A stretch of DNA of 64,000 nt from NCBI GenBank assembly GCA_965222605.1, contig OZ244960.1, positions 3,520,001 to 3,584,000 of the forward strand. Direction: 5' to 3'. The translations under genes and the position numbers were made by a program. The number at the start of each line of letters is the position of its first letter. Position 1 is the stretch's first letter. This DNA comes from Candidatus Latescibacterota bacterium. GTDB taxonomy: Bacteria > Latescibacterota > UBA2968. Below the pieces are notes generated by a model. It was not told the origin of the DNA, made no database searches, and was given only the letters and a program-made list of their open reading frames with translations. Below are positions 19,027-30,137 of this stretch, piece after piece.

Positions 19027-19928
19027 TGGAGAAAACCTTGGATCACAATATAGTTCAAAAGGCTGAGATTTTGATTGAGGCATTTCCGTATATTCGCGCA
19101 TTTCGCAACAAAATTATTGTGGTGAAATACGGCGGTAGCACACAGCCCGAAGAGGGCGGTTCCCCTACTATAATGGCCGATCTGGTGTTTATGGAGACCG
19201 TGGGTATGCGTCCTGTGGTTGTACACGGCGGGGGGAAGGATATTAACAGGCGTTTGGAAGCGTCGGGTATTGAATCGGAATGGGTCAATGGATTGCGGGT
19301 GACCGATAAGGCGTCGATGCAGGTAGTGGAAGATACGTTGTTTGGCGAGGTGAACAGGCGCATTGTCGATGGTCTGGAGATACTCGATGGACGCGCGCGC
19401 GGTATGTCGGCCAAAGACGCTGGCGTGATGTATGTGACGCGGCATTTTGCGACAGTAGAGAAGGAAGGCGGGAAGACCAGAGAGATCGATATCGGCTATG
19501 TTGGCGATGTCGCCCGAATTGATCCCGAACCCATCCGTTTGGCCTGTGAAGAAGGCATGATTCCCGTTATTTCGCCTGTTGGATTGGGGCCAGAGGGCGA
19601 GAGTTATAATGTGAATGCCGATACAGCGGCGGGTGAGATTGCGAGGGCACTGCAAGCGGAGAAGCTGGTGTTTTTAACGGATGTGAATGGCATTCGACGG
19701 TTTCCGGATGATCCGGATTCGCAGATTTCAACACTACATGTCAATGACGTGGAGATGCTGATTGAGAGAGGTATTGCCAGCGGGGGGATGATTCCCAAGT
19801 TGCGCGCGTGTGAACGTTCTGTGAAGGGCGGTGTTCACAAGACGCATATTATTGATGGCAGTGTTCCGCACGCGCTTTTGCTGGAGATTTTTACCCGCGA
19901 GGGTATTGGAACGCAAATTGTGCAGTAG
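19023..19928 (+). CDS. argB: Acetylglutamate kinase
   Basis: VVKYGG, VVHGGG, GLRVTD, YNVNADTAA, GGMIPKL. Confidence 0.95.
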   Translation: MMEKTLDHNIVQKAEILIEAFPYIRAFRNKIIVVKYGGSTQPEEGGSPTIMADLVFMETVGMRPVVVHGGGKDINRRLEASGIESEWVNGLRVTDKASMQVVEDTLFGEVNRRIVDGLEILDGRARGMSAKDAGVMYVTRHFATVEKEGGKTREIDIGYVGDVARIDPEPIRLACEEGMIPVISPVGLGPEGESYNVNADTAAGEIARALQAEKLVFLTDVNGIRRFPDDPDSQISTLHVNDVEMLIERGIASGGMIPKLRACERSVKGGVHKTHIIDGSVPHALLLEIFTREGIGTQIVQ

Positions 19929-19951
19929 CTTTTTAACCATAAGGACTTAGC

Positions 19952-21151
19952 ATGACGACTCGAGAAATTATTGATTTAGAACAGAAGTATATTCTGCAAA
20001 CCTATGGACGGCCCGAGTTTGTGCTGGAAAAGGGCGATGGGGTCCATATTGTGGATACGGACGGCAAGCATTATCTCGATTTTGTGAGTGGCTTGTCTGT
20101 CAATGCTCTGGGATATAATAATTCGATGATTCAAGAGGCTGCCAACGCGCAGTTGGGTAAGTTGATCCATGTTTCAAATTTGTATCACACGATTCCGGCG
20201 CCTCAACTGGCACAGTTGTTGTGCGAGCATTCGTTTGCAGATCGCGTGTTTTTCTGCAATAGCGGAACAGAGTCTATCGAGGCTGCGCTGAAGTTTGCGC
20301 GCAAGTGGGGGTACAAGAATTTTGAAGATGCGCCCAAGAATAAAATTATTGCGATGAATAATTCTTTTCACGGGCGAACGTATGGCGGGATTTCTGCGAC
20401 GGGTCAACCCAGATATCATCAGGGATTTGGGCCGATGTTGCCGGGTATTGAATTTGCCGATTTGAACGATTTGGAGTCGGTGGAGAAGCTGGCAGATGGC
20501 CAGACGGTGGCTGTTTTGCTGGAGCCGCTACAGGCAGAAGGGGGTATTCACTCGTCAGATCCGGAATTTTTGGAAGGTGTGCGCGCCCTGTGCGATGAGA
20601 TGAAGATGTTGTTGATTTTCGACGAGATTCAGTGTGGTTTGGGGCGGGCTGGTTCGCTGTTTTGCTACGAGCAGTACGGTGTGGCGCCAGATATTATGAC
20701 GCTTGCCAAACCCTTAGCTGGCGGGTTGCCGATTGGGGCGACACTTGTGACGCAGGATGTGGCCGATGCGGTGGAGCCGGGGGATCATGCCGCGACGTTT
20801 GGGGCGCATCCCGTGTCTTGTGCGGTGGCGATTGAGGTATTTAAGACGATATCTGATCCCGCATTTATTGCGGGTATAGAAGAGAAGAGTGCGTATTTGT
20901 TTGGGAAGCTGAATGCTTTGAAAGACAAACACGCCGGGAAGGTGACGGAAATTCGCGGCAGTGGGTTGATCGCGGGCGCGGTGCTGAAAGAGATATCGGC
21001 GGCGGATGCGATGAATGCGATTCGGGAAAATAATGATATTTTAGTATGTGTCGCAGGGCCAGATGTGGTGCGCTTTTTGCCACCACTGGTGATTGAGAAA
21101 GAACATATTGATGCGGCTGTGAATGCGCTGGATGAGTTTTTGTCCGATTAG
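19952..21151 (+). CDS. argD: Acetylornithine aminotransferase
   Basis: FFCNSGTE, SFHGRT, DEIQCGLGR, TLAKPLAGGLPIG. Confidence 0.93.
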   Translation: MTTREIIDLEQKYILQTYGRPEFVLEKGDGVHIVDTDGKHYLDFVSGLSVNALGYNNSMIQEAANAQLGKLIHVSNLYHTIPAPQLAQLLCEHSFADRVFFCNSGTESIEAALKFARKWGYKNFEDAPKNKIIAMNNSFHGRTYGGISATGQPRYHQGFGPMLPGIEFADLNDLESVEKLADGQTVAVLLEPLQAEGGIHSSDPEFLEGVRALCDEMKMLLIFDEIQCGLGRAGSLFCYEQYGVAPDIMTLAKPLAGGLPIGATLVTQDVADAVEPGDHAATFGAHPVSCAVAIEVFKTISDPAFIAGIEEKSAYLFGKLNALKDKHAGKVTEIRGSGLIAGAVLKEISAADAMNAIRENNDILVCVAGPDVVRFLPPLVIEKEHIDAAVNALDEFLSD

Positions 21152-22398
21152 CATTGAACGGTTTTTTCGATTACCTGACCATCACCGCAGTGGATAACGG
21201 CTTTCCATTCTCTGTCATCGTCTCGAACATCTATGCCGCCTTGCCGCCAGTTGGTCTGAAAATGTACGGAAAAGGGTTCGTCATACGCGGTATCGTAGAA
21301 TTTGCCATTCCGATAAAAATCGACATAGCTGATTGTTTCGGGATATAAGCTGGCCAGTCGAAGCCAGCGCTGGCCTCGATATTCCCAATTGGGTTCTAAG
21401 CCCTGGAGGTAATATTGGTCATCAATCGCATCTGTGTCGATTCCTATACCTTCTGCCATCCGGTGTGCAAAAAAGGTGTCTTCCCCAGTGGTGATTCCCC
21501 AGTCGGCGGGAGGCTCCTGTTTGGTCATGTTGTTGTAATATCCCCACGAGGTCTGCGTTTTATAGGCGACCTGGAGTTGACCAATGGCCTGAGAGTCTTC
21601 ATTGCACACGATGGGGCGGTTCAGGTTCCAGCTTTGCACTTCTCGAATCATGTTGTGATATCGCTGCCGCGTGCAGCCGTTTCCGTGAATGAGTATGACG
21701 TCGCTGGCTTCGGCGACTTCCCGGTTGTGATATCCACCGCCGCCGCTGCACCCACAGGGCAAGCCGCCCGATTCTTTTCGCGCGAGATCCAGTAATGCCG
21801 CCATTCCCTCAGGTTCTCGTATAATGGGATGGTTTGCGAATGATCCAATATTCATTTCATTTGCGACTTCTATGATGACATTGGGATATTCTTTTAAAAA
21901 GCGCGAAGCGGTTGTCACGGCATTGCGAATGGCTTTTCCATCTTTTAGCCAGCGCGTTTGCGAACCGTAAAAAAAACTGACGATGACGACCATTCCAACT
22001 GCATCTGCACCCCGGATCAATTTGTCCATCCGATCGGCGTAATCGGCGTCGAGGTTCAGGCCGTCTGCACCAAAGGGATTGTTTTGTATTGTGTGATTTG
22101 GGGTTGTAAAACACGGGCCTCCACCTTGAAATCCGGTTGTGAATGCGCGCAATCCATAGCGATACCATTCGGGCAATGCCGCAATGAGACGCTCGGTATT
22201 GGCTGTGGCATCCCATTCGCTGTGGCCCCACCGCGCAAAGCGGTCGGGTTCCATCGCGTCGTCAAAAATACCCTGGATAAATCGCGCGTTCATTAGCAGT
22301 CCATGGACACTGGCTCTCGTCCCATCAATGTCTGAATACGTCACCTTCTCGTTTATCAGAAATTTTTCGCCTTCAATTGTCAGGTGTGTTTTTGCCAT
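21148..22398 (-). CDS. Conserved hypothetical protein, possibly a TIM-barrel glycoside-hydrolase-like fold
   Basis: Long ORF with host codon bias; NVIIEVANE and PIVCNED resemble clan GH-A acid/base and nucleophile motifs. Confidence 0.55.
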   Translation of the reverse strand: MAKTHLTIEGEKFLINEKVTYSDIDGTRASVHGLLMNARFIQGIFDDAMEPDRFARWGHSEWDATANTERLIAALPEWYRYGLRAFTTGFQGGGPCFTTPNHTIQNNPFGADGLNLDADYADRMDKLIRGADAVGMVVIVSFFYGSQTRWLKDGKAIRNAVTTASRFLKEYPNVIIEVANEMNIGSFANHPIIREPEGMAALLDLARKESGGLPCGCSGGGGYHNREVAEASDVILIHGNGCTRQRYHNMIREVQSWNLNRPIVCNEDSQAIGQLQVAYKTQTSWGYYNNMTKQEPPADWGITTGEDTFFAHRMAEGIGIDTDAIDDQYYLQGLEPNWEYRGQRWLRLASLYPETISYVDFYRNGKFYDTAYDEPFSVHFQTNWRQGGIDVRDDDREWKAVIHCGDGQVIEKTVQC

Positions 22399-22407
22399 AT
22401 TTTCTCC

Positions 22408-23838
22408 TTAACGTTCGTAGAGGTATTCGGTGTAATCCCACTCGTAATCCCGGGAACTTCCCCATGCGCTTTCCGCATAGTATTTTTCTATAATTTCGTC
22501 GTGTTTTCGAGTGAGTTGATGCAGGTTTTCGGGATGTCTCAGGGCGTCGTTGGTTTCTTTTTGCCAGGTCTCAAGGCGATTTTTTAATGCCTGCAATATG
22601 TCGTGGTATGCCCGGTTATTGGATAGATTTTCAAATTCCCATGGGTCGTTTTGCAGGTCGTAGAGTTCGTATTCGGGTGGTCGTTCATAGAGTTCATAAG
22701 CTGCCTGAATGCGCTTATCTGCACCGGAAATTTCCTCTTGTGTCGCGCCGGATGCCCACCTTTGCGTTGTGTCCGAATATCCCAGCGCGCTCGGGCTTGG
22801 GCGGTCTTGTAGCAGGTTGGCGATGAGTTTGTATCGTTCATTTCGTACAGCGCGCTGTGGGAAATACGTGACGACGCCACCGCTTCCCCATTCGGCATAT
22901 AGATGGGTTCGCCATTCAATTTTTTGTCCTTTTAATAGGGGCGCAAAGGATGCACCTGCCACACCTATAGGACACGCAATTCCCAAAATATCTGTCGCGG
23001 TTGGCAAGATGTCGATCTGCGATACCAATTCGTCGCGTGTGTGACCTTCGAGGCTGATACCGGGGCATCGCACGATTAGCGGGATGTGCAATCCGCCCTC
23101 GTAGATCGATGTTTTTCCCCGAGAAAATTGGGCGCCGTGATCGGTTGTAAAAATCACGAGTGTATTTTCGGTTTTGCCCAGTGCTCTCAGTTGTTCTAAA
23201 ACCAGTCCTATGCCCGTATCCAATCTGGACATGCAGTTGTAATAGTCTGCGGTTTCCTCTCTGAGGCGGGGGGTATCAATACCGACAAATGGGAGCGGTT
23301 CGACGTCTTTGCCTTCCTGCGGTTGTGCTGGTACGCCGAATTGTTGGCGGTGGAATGGCAGGTGCGCGTCGGGAAAACTGATTTGTAAAAAGAATGGCTC
23401 GTCTGATGGTTTCATAAATTCACCGGCAATTTCGGCCATTTTGCGTACGTCGCGGTTGGCAAAACTGATAAATTCTTTCGGATTCCACCACAGGTCGTAG
23501 GGAAAAGCGTCTTCGGGGTTGATGTGCAGTTTGCCGATGAGCCCGGTTCTGTATCCTTCGTTTTTTAACAGGCGGGGCATATTGGGAAATGTATCGTACA
23601 GTGCGTATTTGTGGGTTGCCAACCCGAACTGGCCATTTTGATGTGGATATAATCCGGTTAGAATACTCGCCCGGCCCGGGCTGCACACGGCCTGCGTCGC
23701 ATACATATTTTCAAATCGCACGCCTTCAGAGGCCAGCTTGTCTATATGCGGTGTTTGTGCATAAGGGTCGCCATAACAACCGATGTGCTGCCCGTTGTCT
23801 TCCGAAATTATGAGCAGGATATTGTACCTGGATGACAT
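22408..23838 (-). CDS. Sulfatase (Cys-type; sulfamidase-like)
   Basis: CSPGRASILTG, GKLH, TDHG, ELYDL. Confidence 0.92.
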   Translation of the reverse strand: MSSRYNILLIISEDNGQHIGCYGDPYAQTPHIDKLASEGVRFENMYATQAVCSPGRASILTGLYPHQNGQFGLATHKYALYDTFPNMPRLLKNEGYRTGLIGKLHINPEDAFPYDLWWNPKEFISFANRDVRKMAEIAGEFMKPSDEPFFLQISFPDAHLPFHRQQFGVPAQPQEGKDVEPLPFVGIDTPRLREETADYYNCMSRLDTGIGLVLEQLRALGKTENTLVIFTTDHGAQFSRGKTSIYEGGLHIPLIVRCPGISLEGHTRDELVSQIDILPTATDILGIACPIGVAGASFAPLLKGQKIEWRTHLYAEWGSGGVVTYFPQRAVRNERYKLIANLLQDRPSPSALGYSDTTQRWASGATQEEISGADKRIQAAYELYERPPEYELYDLQNDPWEFENLSNNRAYHDILQALKNRLETWQKETNDALRHPENLHQLTRKHDEIIEKYYAESAWGSSRDYEWDYTEYLYER

Positions 23839-23943
23839 TTTGAACTCCTTTCTGAACTTAGAACCAAATTGACACAACGATTGCGATACCCTATCTTTTT
23901 GATCCTCGTTCTCCGTTTACTCACCTTTTGAGGAATAACCGAT

Positions 23944-25659
23944 ATGATCAAGGGTTTTGCTCCACAACTCGCCTTTTTGTTGGGAAAGCGCACAAACCGG
24001 CAAAATCTCGGTGTGCTGTTCAAACTTCTGCTGACTTTTTCTCTGATTGTTGCGGTTTTCAGTGTTCTTTTTCATGTGATCATGGTCAGAGAGGGCCAGG
24101 AGTTTAGCTGGTTTACGGGTCTTTATTGGACGCTTACAGTCATGTCAACATTGGGATTTGGCGATATTATCTTCCATGGAGATTTGGGGCGTTTATTCTC
24201 TATGCTGGTTTTGCTGACGGGCATGATTTTTCTGTTTATTGTTCTGCCGTTTACCTTTATTCAATTTTTTTATGCTCCGTGGATTCAAACCCAATCCGAA
24301 GCCCGCACACCGCGTCAGTTGCCCCGCAGCACGCGAGAGCATGTTTTGTTGACCCACCATGACCCCATTGCACAATCTCTTATCAACAAGCTGGATCGCT
24401 ACCACTATTCCTACTATCTCCTCACGTCAGATGTGGCGCATGCACAGCAGCTTTACGATCAGGGTATCAATGTTGTGGTTGGGGATTTAGACAACCCGGA
24501 TACCTTCAAGAAAATGCAGATTGAGCAAGCGGCTCTCGTTGCGGCAACAGATACCGACCCGATTAACACCCATATTGCATTTACTGTGCGCGATCTCAAT
24601 CCCACTGTGCCGATTATCGCCAGGGCAGATGACCCCAATTCCGTAGATATTCTCGAACTTGCGGGATGTACCCGTGTTCTTCAACTTGAAAAAATGCTCG
24701 GCGCATCTCTTGCGCGACGCACTCAAAGCGGGGATACCGCAGCGCATGTGATTGGTCAGTACGGAGACCTGTTCATCGCCGAGACCACGGCGGCCCATAC
24801 GCCCCTTGTGGGCAAAACTCTTGAGGAAATTGGCCTGCATAGAGAACTGGGCCTGACGGCTGTCGGTGTTTGGGAGCGTGGTATTTTTCAATCGGCATTG
24901 CCCGATACCCGTATTGGTCCCCACACTGTGCTGGTCATGACGGGGACACAGAGTCAATTGGATAGGTTTAACGAGTTGTTCTGTATCTACAAAGTTTCGA
25001 ATGTCCCCGTTGTCATCATTGGCGGTGGCGGCGTTGGCATGGAGGCTGCGCGCACCCTTGTCGAACAAGGGCTCGACTATCGGATTGTGGAAAAAGATGC
25101 GGATCAGGCTCAGAGGCTCGACAATTGCATTGTGGGAGATGCCGCGGATTTTGAGGTTTTAAAAAAAGCCGATATCATGAATGCGTTGACGGTTATTATC
25201 ACCACGCACGATGATGATATCAATGTTTATCTCACGGTTTATTGCCGAAGATTAAATCCGGAAATTCAGATTATTAGTCGCGTCACGCAAGAGAGGAATA
25301 TCGCGACTCTGCACCGTGCAGGCGCGGATTTTGTTATGTCTTATGCGTCGATGGGCGCAGATGCTATTTTTAATTTCTTAAAACGCAGTGATACTCCGAT
25401 GGTGGCCGAGAGCCTAAGCGTGTTTAGCGAGGATATCAGCGTGTTTAGAATGAAGATACCCTCTTCACTTATTGGAAAAACGATTGCAAATTCAGCCATT
25501 CGAAAAAATACGGGATGCACGGTTATTGCAGTTAATGACAACCACGAAATGCAGCTCAATCCCAATCCCAATGAACCGCTGCCAAGAGCGGCGGAGATCC
25601 TCCTTATTGGCAGTACGGAAGGGGAAAAGCGATTTTTGGATATGTATGTTCATGTGTGA
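23944..25659 (+). CDS. Potassium channel protein with TrkA-N/TrkA-C (RCK) domains
   Basis: Two TM helices with pore TVMSTLGFGD; two RCK modules including IIGGGGVG. Confidence 0.9.
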   Translation: MIKGFAPQLAFLLGKRTNRQNLGVLFKLLLTFSLIVAVFSVLFHVIMVREGQEFSWFTGLYWTLTVMSTLGFGDIIFHGDLGRLFSMLVLLTGMIFLFIVLPFTFIQFFYAPWIQTQSEARTPRQLPRSTREHVLLTHHDPIAQSLINKLDRYHYSYYLLTSDVAHAQQLYDQGINVVVGDLDNPDTFKKMQIEQAALVAATDTDPINTHIAFTVRDLNPTVPIIARADDPNSVDILELAGCTRVLQLEKMLGASLARRTQSGDTAAHVIGQYGDLFIAETTAAHTPLVGKTLEEIGLHRELGLTAVGVWERGIFQSALPDTRIGPHTVLVMTGTQSQLDRFNELFCIYKVSNVPVVIIGGGGVGMEAARTLVEQGLDYRIVEKDADQAQRLDNCIVGDAADFEVLKKADIMNALTVIITTHDDDINVYLTVYCRRLNPEIQIISRVTQERNIATLHRAGADFVMSYASMGADAIFNFLKRSDTPMVAESLSVFSEDISVFRMKIPSSLIGKTIANSAIRKNTGCTVIAVNDNHEMQLNPNPNEPLPRAAEILLIGSTEGEKRFLDMYVHV

Positions 25660-25668
25660 AATGAATAC

Positions 25669-26148
25669 CTACTCGTCTGCGATACTTCGATACTTCCCCC
25701 CATAATAGAGCAGTGGATTTCCCTCTCCTAATTCTCCCGCCAGTATTTCTCCTACAAACATATCGTGATCGCCTGCTGGCAAGATATTCACCAGCTTGCA
25801 GTCGAGATATCCCAGTGTTCCTTCCAAAATCGGCGCCCCTGTTTTGCTTTCGCGCAATGCCAGATCGGAAAAATTCTTTGGTCCCGGCACGGCAAATCGG
25901 TTGGATAAATGTTCCTGTTCTCGGGTCAGGATGTTGATTGCATAGTACTGTCCGTCAGATAAGGCGCTGTGCATGGTGGCCGATTTATCAACCGATACCA
26001 CAACGAGCGGTGGATCCAGCGATAAAGACATGACGGCATTGGCCGTCATGCCGGTTATGTCGCCATTTTTGTATCGCGTGGTGACGACGGTGACACCGGT
26101 TGTAAACTGCCCCATTATATCTCGTTGCAGCCGTGAATCAAATGCCAT
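25669..26148 (-). CDS. Flavin reductase-like protein
   Basis: FTTGVTVVT, GMTANA, SLSLDPP, GDHDMFVG, PLLY. Confidence 0.92.
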   Translation of the reverse strand: MAFDSRLQRDIMGQFTTGVTVVTTRYKNGDITGMTANAVMSLSLDPPLVVVSVDKSATMHSALSDGQYYAINILTREQEHLSNRFAVPGPKNFSDLALRESKTGAPILEGTLGYLDCKLVNILPAGDHDMFVGEILAGELGEGNPLLYYGGKYRSIADE

Positions 26149-26159
26149 AGATCCTCCTT

Positions 26160-27338
26160 TTACCAATCCCCCACACTGCCATCGGGATAAAATACCCGCT
26201 GTAACACTTCCTGTTCAAATGGATGTTTTGCAACTTCGGATTCGTCAATTTCTATGCCGAGTCCGGGGGCGTGCCACGGTTTTACTGTGCGGCCATTTTT
26301 ATTAACTGTATAACTTTCTGATACCACATCGTAGCGCCAGGGGACATCGGCGTGTACTGCTTCGCAGATGATGTACGATGGCGTGGCAAAGCCGAAGGCA
26401 AGGGAGGCCGCTGTGCTTACCGGTCCCTGGGGATTGTGCGGTGCGATTGCAATGCGATAGCATTCAGCCATTGCTGCTATGCGCCGGGCTTCACTTAGTC
26501 CACCGCAGTGGGTTATATCGGGTTGGATTACGCTGCATGCGCGCAGTTCAAATAATTCGCGGAAGTGGTGTTGAGAGACCAGGCGTTCGCCGGTTGCTAT
26601 TGGTGTGCTCACGGCGTTTTGGACCGCCGCGATATCCGCCATGGTTTCCGGCCAGCAGGGTTCTTCAAAGAAGTAGAGGCCATAGGGTTCAAGCGCGCGA
26701 GCAAACCGAATGCCCATTCGGGGCGATGGGCGGGCGTGGCAGTCAACCATGATGTCTATTTCAGGTCCTGCGGATTCGCGCATCGCGCTTACACAGGCTT
26801 CGGCGTAGTGAATCGGCGTTAGTCCTTCGATGGGCATCGTGGGTGGCACGGCCATGGATTTGAATGCGGTAAATCCGTCTTCTACTGCTTGCAGGGCCAG
26901 TTCGCCAAATCGCTTTGCATCTTTTGGGTGGGTTTCGTAGAACAATTCCATTTTTCCCCCGCCCAGATGGCAATAGGTGCGGATGTAATCGCGTACAGGC
27001 CCGCCCCAGAGTTCAAAACACGGTACGCCGTGTATTTTGCCCAGGATATCCCACAGCGCGATGTCAATGCCGCTGATTGCCGTGGCGCGTACAATACCAT
27101 TGCCGTGCCAGAAGTGCTGGCGGTACATGATTTGCCACAGGTGTTCAATGCGTCGGGGGTCTTCGCCGATCAATAGTGTTGACAGGTCTTCAATCGCGCC
27201 GACGACGGACCGCGTGTGCCACTCCAATGTCGCTTCGCCCCAACCCCACAGGCCGTCTTGATCGGTCAGGATTTTTACAAAGATCCAATTTCGCATGCGC
27301 GCATGACATACCAGTGTTTCTACACCTGTGATTTTCAT
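26160..27338 (-). CDS. dgoD: Galactonate dehydratase (mandelate racemase/enolase superfamily)
   Basis: [40 protein letters not shown]. Confidence 0.85.
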   Translation of the reverse strand: MKITGVETLVCHARMRNWIFVKILTDQDGLWGWGEATLEWHTRSVVGAIEDLSTLLIGEDPRRIEHLWQIMYRQHFWHGNGIVRATAISGIDIALWDILGKIHGVPCFELWGGPVRDYIRTYCHLGGGKMELFYETHPKDAKRFGELALQAVEDGFTAFKSMAVPPTMPIEGLTPIHYAEACVSAMRESAGPEIDIMVDCHARPSPRMGIRFARALEPYGLYFFEEPCWPETMADIAAVQNAVSTPIATGERLVSQHHFRELFELRACSVIQPDITHCGGLSEARRIAAMAECYRIAIAPHNPQGPVSTAASLAFGFATPSYIICEAVHADVPWRYDVVSESYTVNKNGRTVKPWHAPGLGIEIDESEVAKHPFEQEVLQRVFYPDGSVGDW

Positions 27339-27339
27339 T

Positions 27340-28650
27340 TTACAGCCCCCGCAACCACTGTGCCGATGGCGAGTTGACCGATGCGTAATGTGCGGCGAGG
27401 TCGGCGGTCATGGTTGCGATCATTTCTCGGTGTTCGGGGGCGTCAAACAGGTTGTTCACCTGGTCGGGATCGTTTTGGCGATCAAAGAGTATGGCATCGT
27501 GGCCTTTCACATAGGCCAGTTCGTAATTGGGGGTGAATACGCCAGCTCTGTTCTGGTTGTGATGGATATAACAGACATCATCCCATTCGGTTTCTTCGCC
27601 GCGCAAGAGTGCGGATGCATCTCGTCCCTGCTCGCGTCCACAGGGTTCAAATCCCATGAAGGTCAAGATGGTGGGCATAAAATCGACGGAGCCGACCATG
27701 CGATCTATTCGCGTGCCAGCCGCGATTTTTTCAGGCCAGCGGATCAACATGGGGACGCGATACGCTGTTTCATAGAGTTGATTTTTGCCCATTAATCCGT
27801 GTTCGCCCAGATATTCGCCGTGGTCGGATGTGAAGACTACAATTGTGTTGTCCAGGATTCCCTTTTCGCGTAGTGCATCGAGCATTCTGCCAACGCAGTC
27901 GTCTATGAGTTTGACCATGCCGCAATAGTGGGCCGTGTGTTTGCGTAAGATATCATCTTTCGGAGCCTGTTTTTTGGGTACCCAACTGGGCTGGTTTTCT
28001 TCGTTGCGCGTGTCGGGCAATGGCATGTCTGCGGGATTGTACATGGCGTCGTAGGGTGCGCGTACAGGAAATGGCGGATGGGGATCGGGAATGCTGAGCA
28101 TAAAACAAAATGGGTTTTCGCGATCTCGCGTCAAAAATTCATTGGTTTTTTCGGTTAGCCAGTCTGTTGGATACGTTTTTTCGTCGCCCATGGTTTTGTA
28201 GCTGAATACTGTGGGTTGCACATCGCCCATATCGACATCTTCGATTTTTTTCCAGTGTCCGCGGTTGAACATGTATTCGGCGTCGTCAAAGCCCATTGTG
28301 CGTTCGGGGTGTACCCAGCCGGGGCGCGGGGGACCGTCCAGATGCCATTTGCCGGCGTATCCGGTGTCGTATCCACGGTCTTTTAATGCTTGGGCAAATG
28401 TGATTTCATCGCGGTTGAGGGGGATGTTGTTTTGATATGCACCGTGTACATGTTCGTAGCGTCCGGTGAGGAATACACCTCGGGATGGGGTGCATACGGC
28501 GACGTTGACCATGAAGTTCGTCAAGATTGCGCCTTCGTTTGCAAGGGAATCGATATGGGGCGTATCGACGAGTGTTCCGCCATACGCGCTCAATGTCCAG
28601 CAGCTTTGTTCGTCGGTGTGGATGACGAGGAGATTTGGAGTGTCTGCCAT
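27340..28650 (-). CDS. Sulfatase (Cys-type)
   Basis: [21 protein letters not shown]. Confidence 0.92.
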   Translation of the reverse strand: MADTPNLLVIHTDEQSCWTLSAYGGTLVDTPHIDSLANEGAILTNFMVNVAVCTPSRGVFLTGRYEHVHGAYQNNIPLNRDEITFAQALKDRGYDTGYAGKWHLDGPPRPGWVHPERTMGFDDAEYMFNRGHWKKIEDVDMGDVQPTVFSYKTMGDEKTYPTDWLTEKTNEFLTRDRENPFCFMLSIPDPHPPFPVRAPYDAMYNPADMPLPDTRNEENQPSWVPKKQAPKDDILRKHTAHYCGMVKLIDDCVGRMLDALREKGILDNTIVVFTSDHGEYLGEHGLMGKNQLYETAYRVPMLIRWPEKIAAGTRIDRMVGSVDFMPTILTFMGFEPCGREQGRDASALLRGEETEWDDVCYIHHNQNRAGVFTPNYELAYVKGHDAILFDRQNDPDQVNNLFDAPEHREMIATMTADLAAHYASVNSPSAQWLRGL

Positions 28651-28659
28651 TTTTTCTCC

Positions 28660-30045
28660 TTATTGTTGGGTTAACCAGGGGTCGTCGTTTTTTTTCAGCC
28701 AGTTGTTCATTTCTTTCCCAAGTTCTGCGACAAGGCCGGGGTGATCGCCAGCGATGTTTTGTAGCTGATAGGGATCTGAGACATTATCGTGGAGGATTAT
28801 TTCTTCGCCTTCGCGCGTTCTCATGACGACATAAGTGTGTCGGTGTGTACGCACGCCGCGCGATCCGCCAGCGGGGTTGTTGGGGTTTACGTTGAGATAG
28901 AGCGCCGAGGTCGGGCGTGTGTTTTCTTTACCCAGGAGGATGTCGGAATAATCCGTTCCCTGGACGCTGTCGGGGACCTGTCCTACGCCCATGAGATTGA
29001 GCAATGTGGGCATTAAATCCGGCGTGCCGATTAACAGGTTATCTGTGCCGGGTGTGATTTTTCCGGGCCAGCGGATGATGAATGGTACAGCAAATGATTC
29101 TTCATAGTGTACGGTTTTGCCCATGAGGCCGTGGCTGCCCATCATTTCACCGTGGTCAGAGGTGAAGACTACGATGGTATTTTCTTCAAGACCCTCGGTT
29201 TTCAAACAGTCCAGTATGCGTCCGAAGTTTTCATCGACGCCGGTTACCATGGCGAAATAGTGTTTCGCGTTTTCGCGGGCGCTGTCGCCGCGTGTATCTG
29301 CGGGTACGTTGGGGCGCGTCAAGAGGTCTTCATGGGTGGCATCGCCGTATCGGGCGACGTATTCTTCTGGTACTTGTTTGAATGGCATGTGCGGTGGGTT
29401 GTGGGATATGACGAGTGAGAATGGTTTTTCGGGGTCCCGGTATTTGTCACCTTCATTGCGGATGTAGTTTATTGCGATGTCGGTTTCGTGTTTGGTGGAC
29501 CATTCCCGCGGGTCGATGCGTTTGTCAATGGGGTCATTGCCGGTCCAATAATGGGGATTGAAATGCCAATCGCAACAGCCGTAGGAATACCAGAAGTCAT
29601 ATCCGTGTCTGCGCGGTCCCGGCGGGGTATATGAATCCCAGATGACGCCATTTCCTCTGGGTCCTTCTGTGTATTGATATTGCTCATTGGGAGGATCGAG
29701 GTGTAGTTTGCCCAGGTATGCCTGATTGTAGCTAGCTTTGTGCAATACGTCTGAGAAGCACTGTGCGTTTTCCCGCAGGTAATTTTTGTATTGTACGGTC
29801 GTGGAATTGACGTTGCCGAGTACGCCGTTGGCGTGGGGATATTGTCCGGTGAATAGCATTGCCCGATATGGGCTGCATACGGGTCTGTTGCTTACGGCGT
29901 CGGTCAATACGAGGCTTTCGGACGCAAACCGGTCAATATTGGGGGTTATTACGGGGTCTTCGTTCATGAATCCCATGGCTTGTTTGCGATATTCATCGGG
30001 GAATACGAATACGAGGTTGGGATGATCAGGCATCTTTGTCTCCAT
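28660..30045 (-). CDS. Sulfatase (Cys-type); start 30045 or 30033
   Basis: CSPYRAMLFTG, GKLHL, SDHGE. Confidence 0.9.
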   Translation of the reverse strand: METKMPDHPNLVFVFPDEYRKQAMGFMNEDPVITPNIDRFASESLVLTDAVSNRPVCSPYRAMLFTGQYPHANGVLGNVNSTTVQYKNYLRENAQCFSDVLHKASYNQAYLGKLHLDPPNEQYQYTEGPRGNGVIWDSYTPPGPRRHGYDFWYSYGCCDWHFNPHYWTGNDPIDKRIDPREWSTKHETDIAINYIRNEGDKYRDPEKPFSLVISHNPPHMPFKQVPEEYVARYGDATHEDLLTRPNVPADTRGDSARENAKHYFAMVTGVDENFGRILDCLKTEGLEENTIVVFTSDHGEMMGSHGLMGKTVHYEESFAVPFIIRWPGKITPGTDNLLIGTPDLMPTLLNLMGVGQVPDSVQGTDYSDILLGKENTRPTSALYLNVNPNNPAGGSRGVRTHRHTYVVMRTREGEEIILHDNVSDPYQLQNIAGDHPGLVAELGKEMNNWLKKNDDPWLTQQ

Positions 30046-30137
30046 TTTAAATGCACGGGAACACACCGCCATAAATTGTATCAATAGTCGCTGCTGTCAA
30101 GGATTATACATTGAGGGTGAGGGTGCTCTGTATTTCT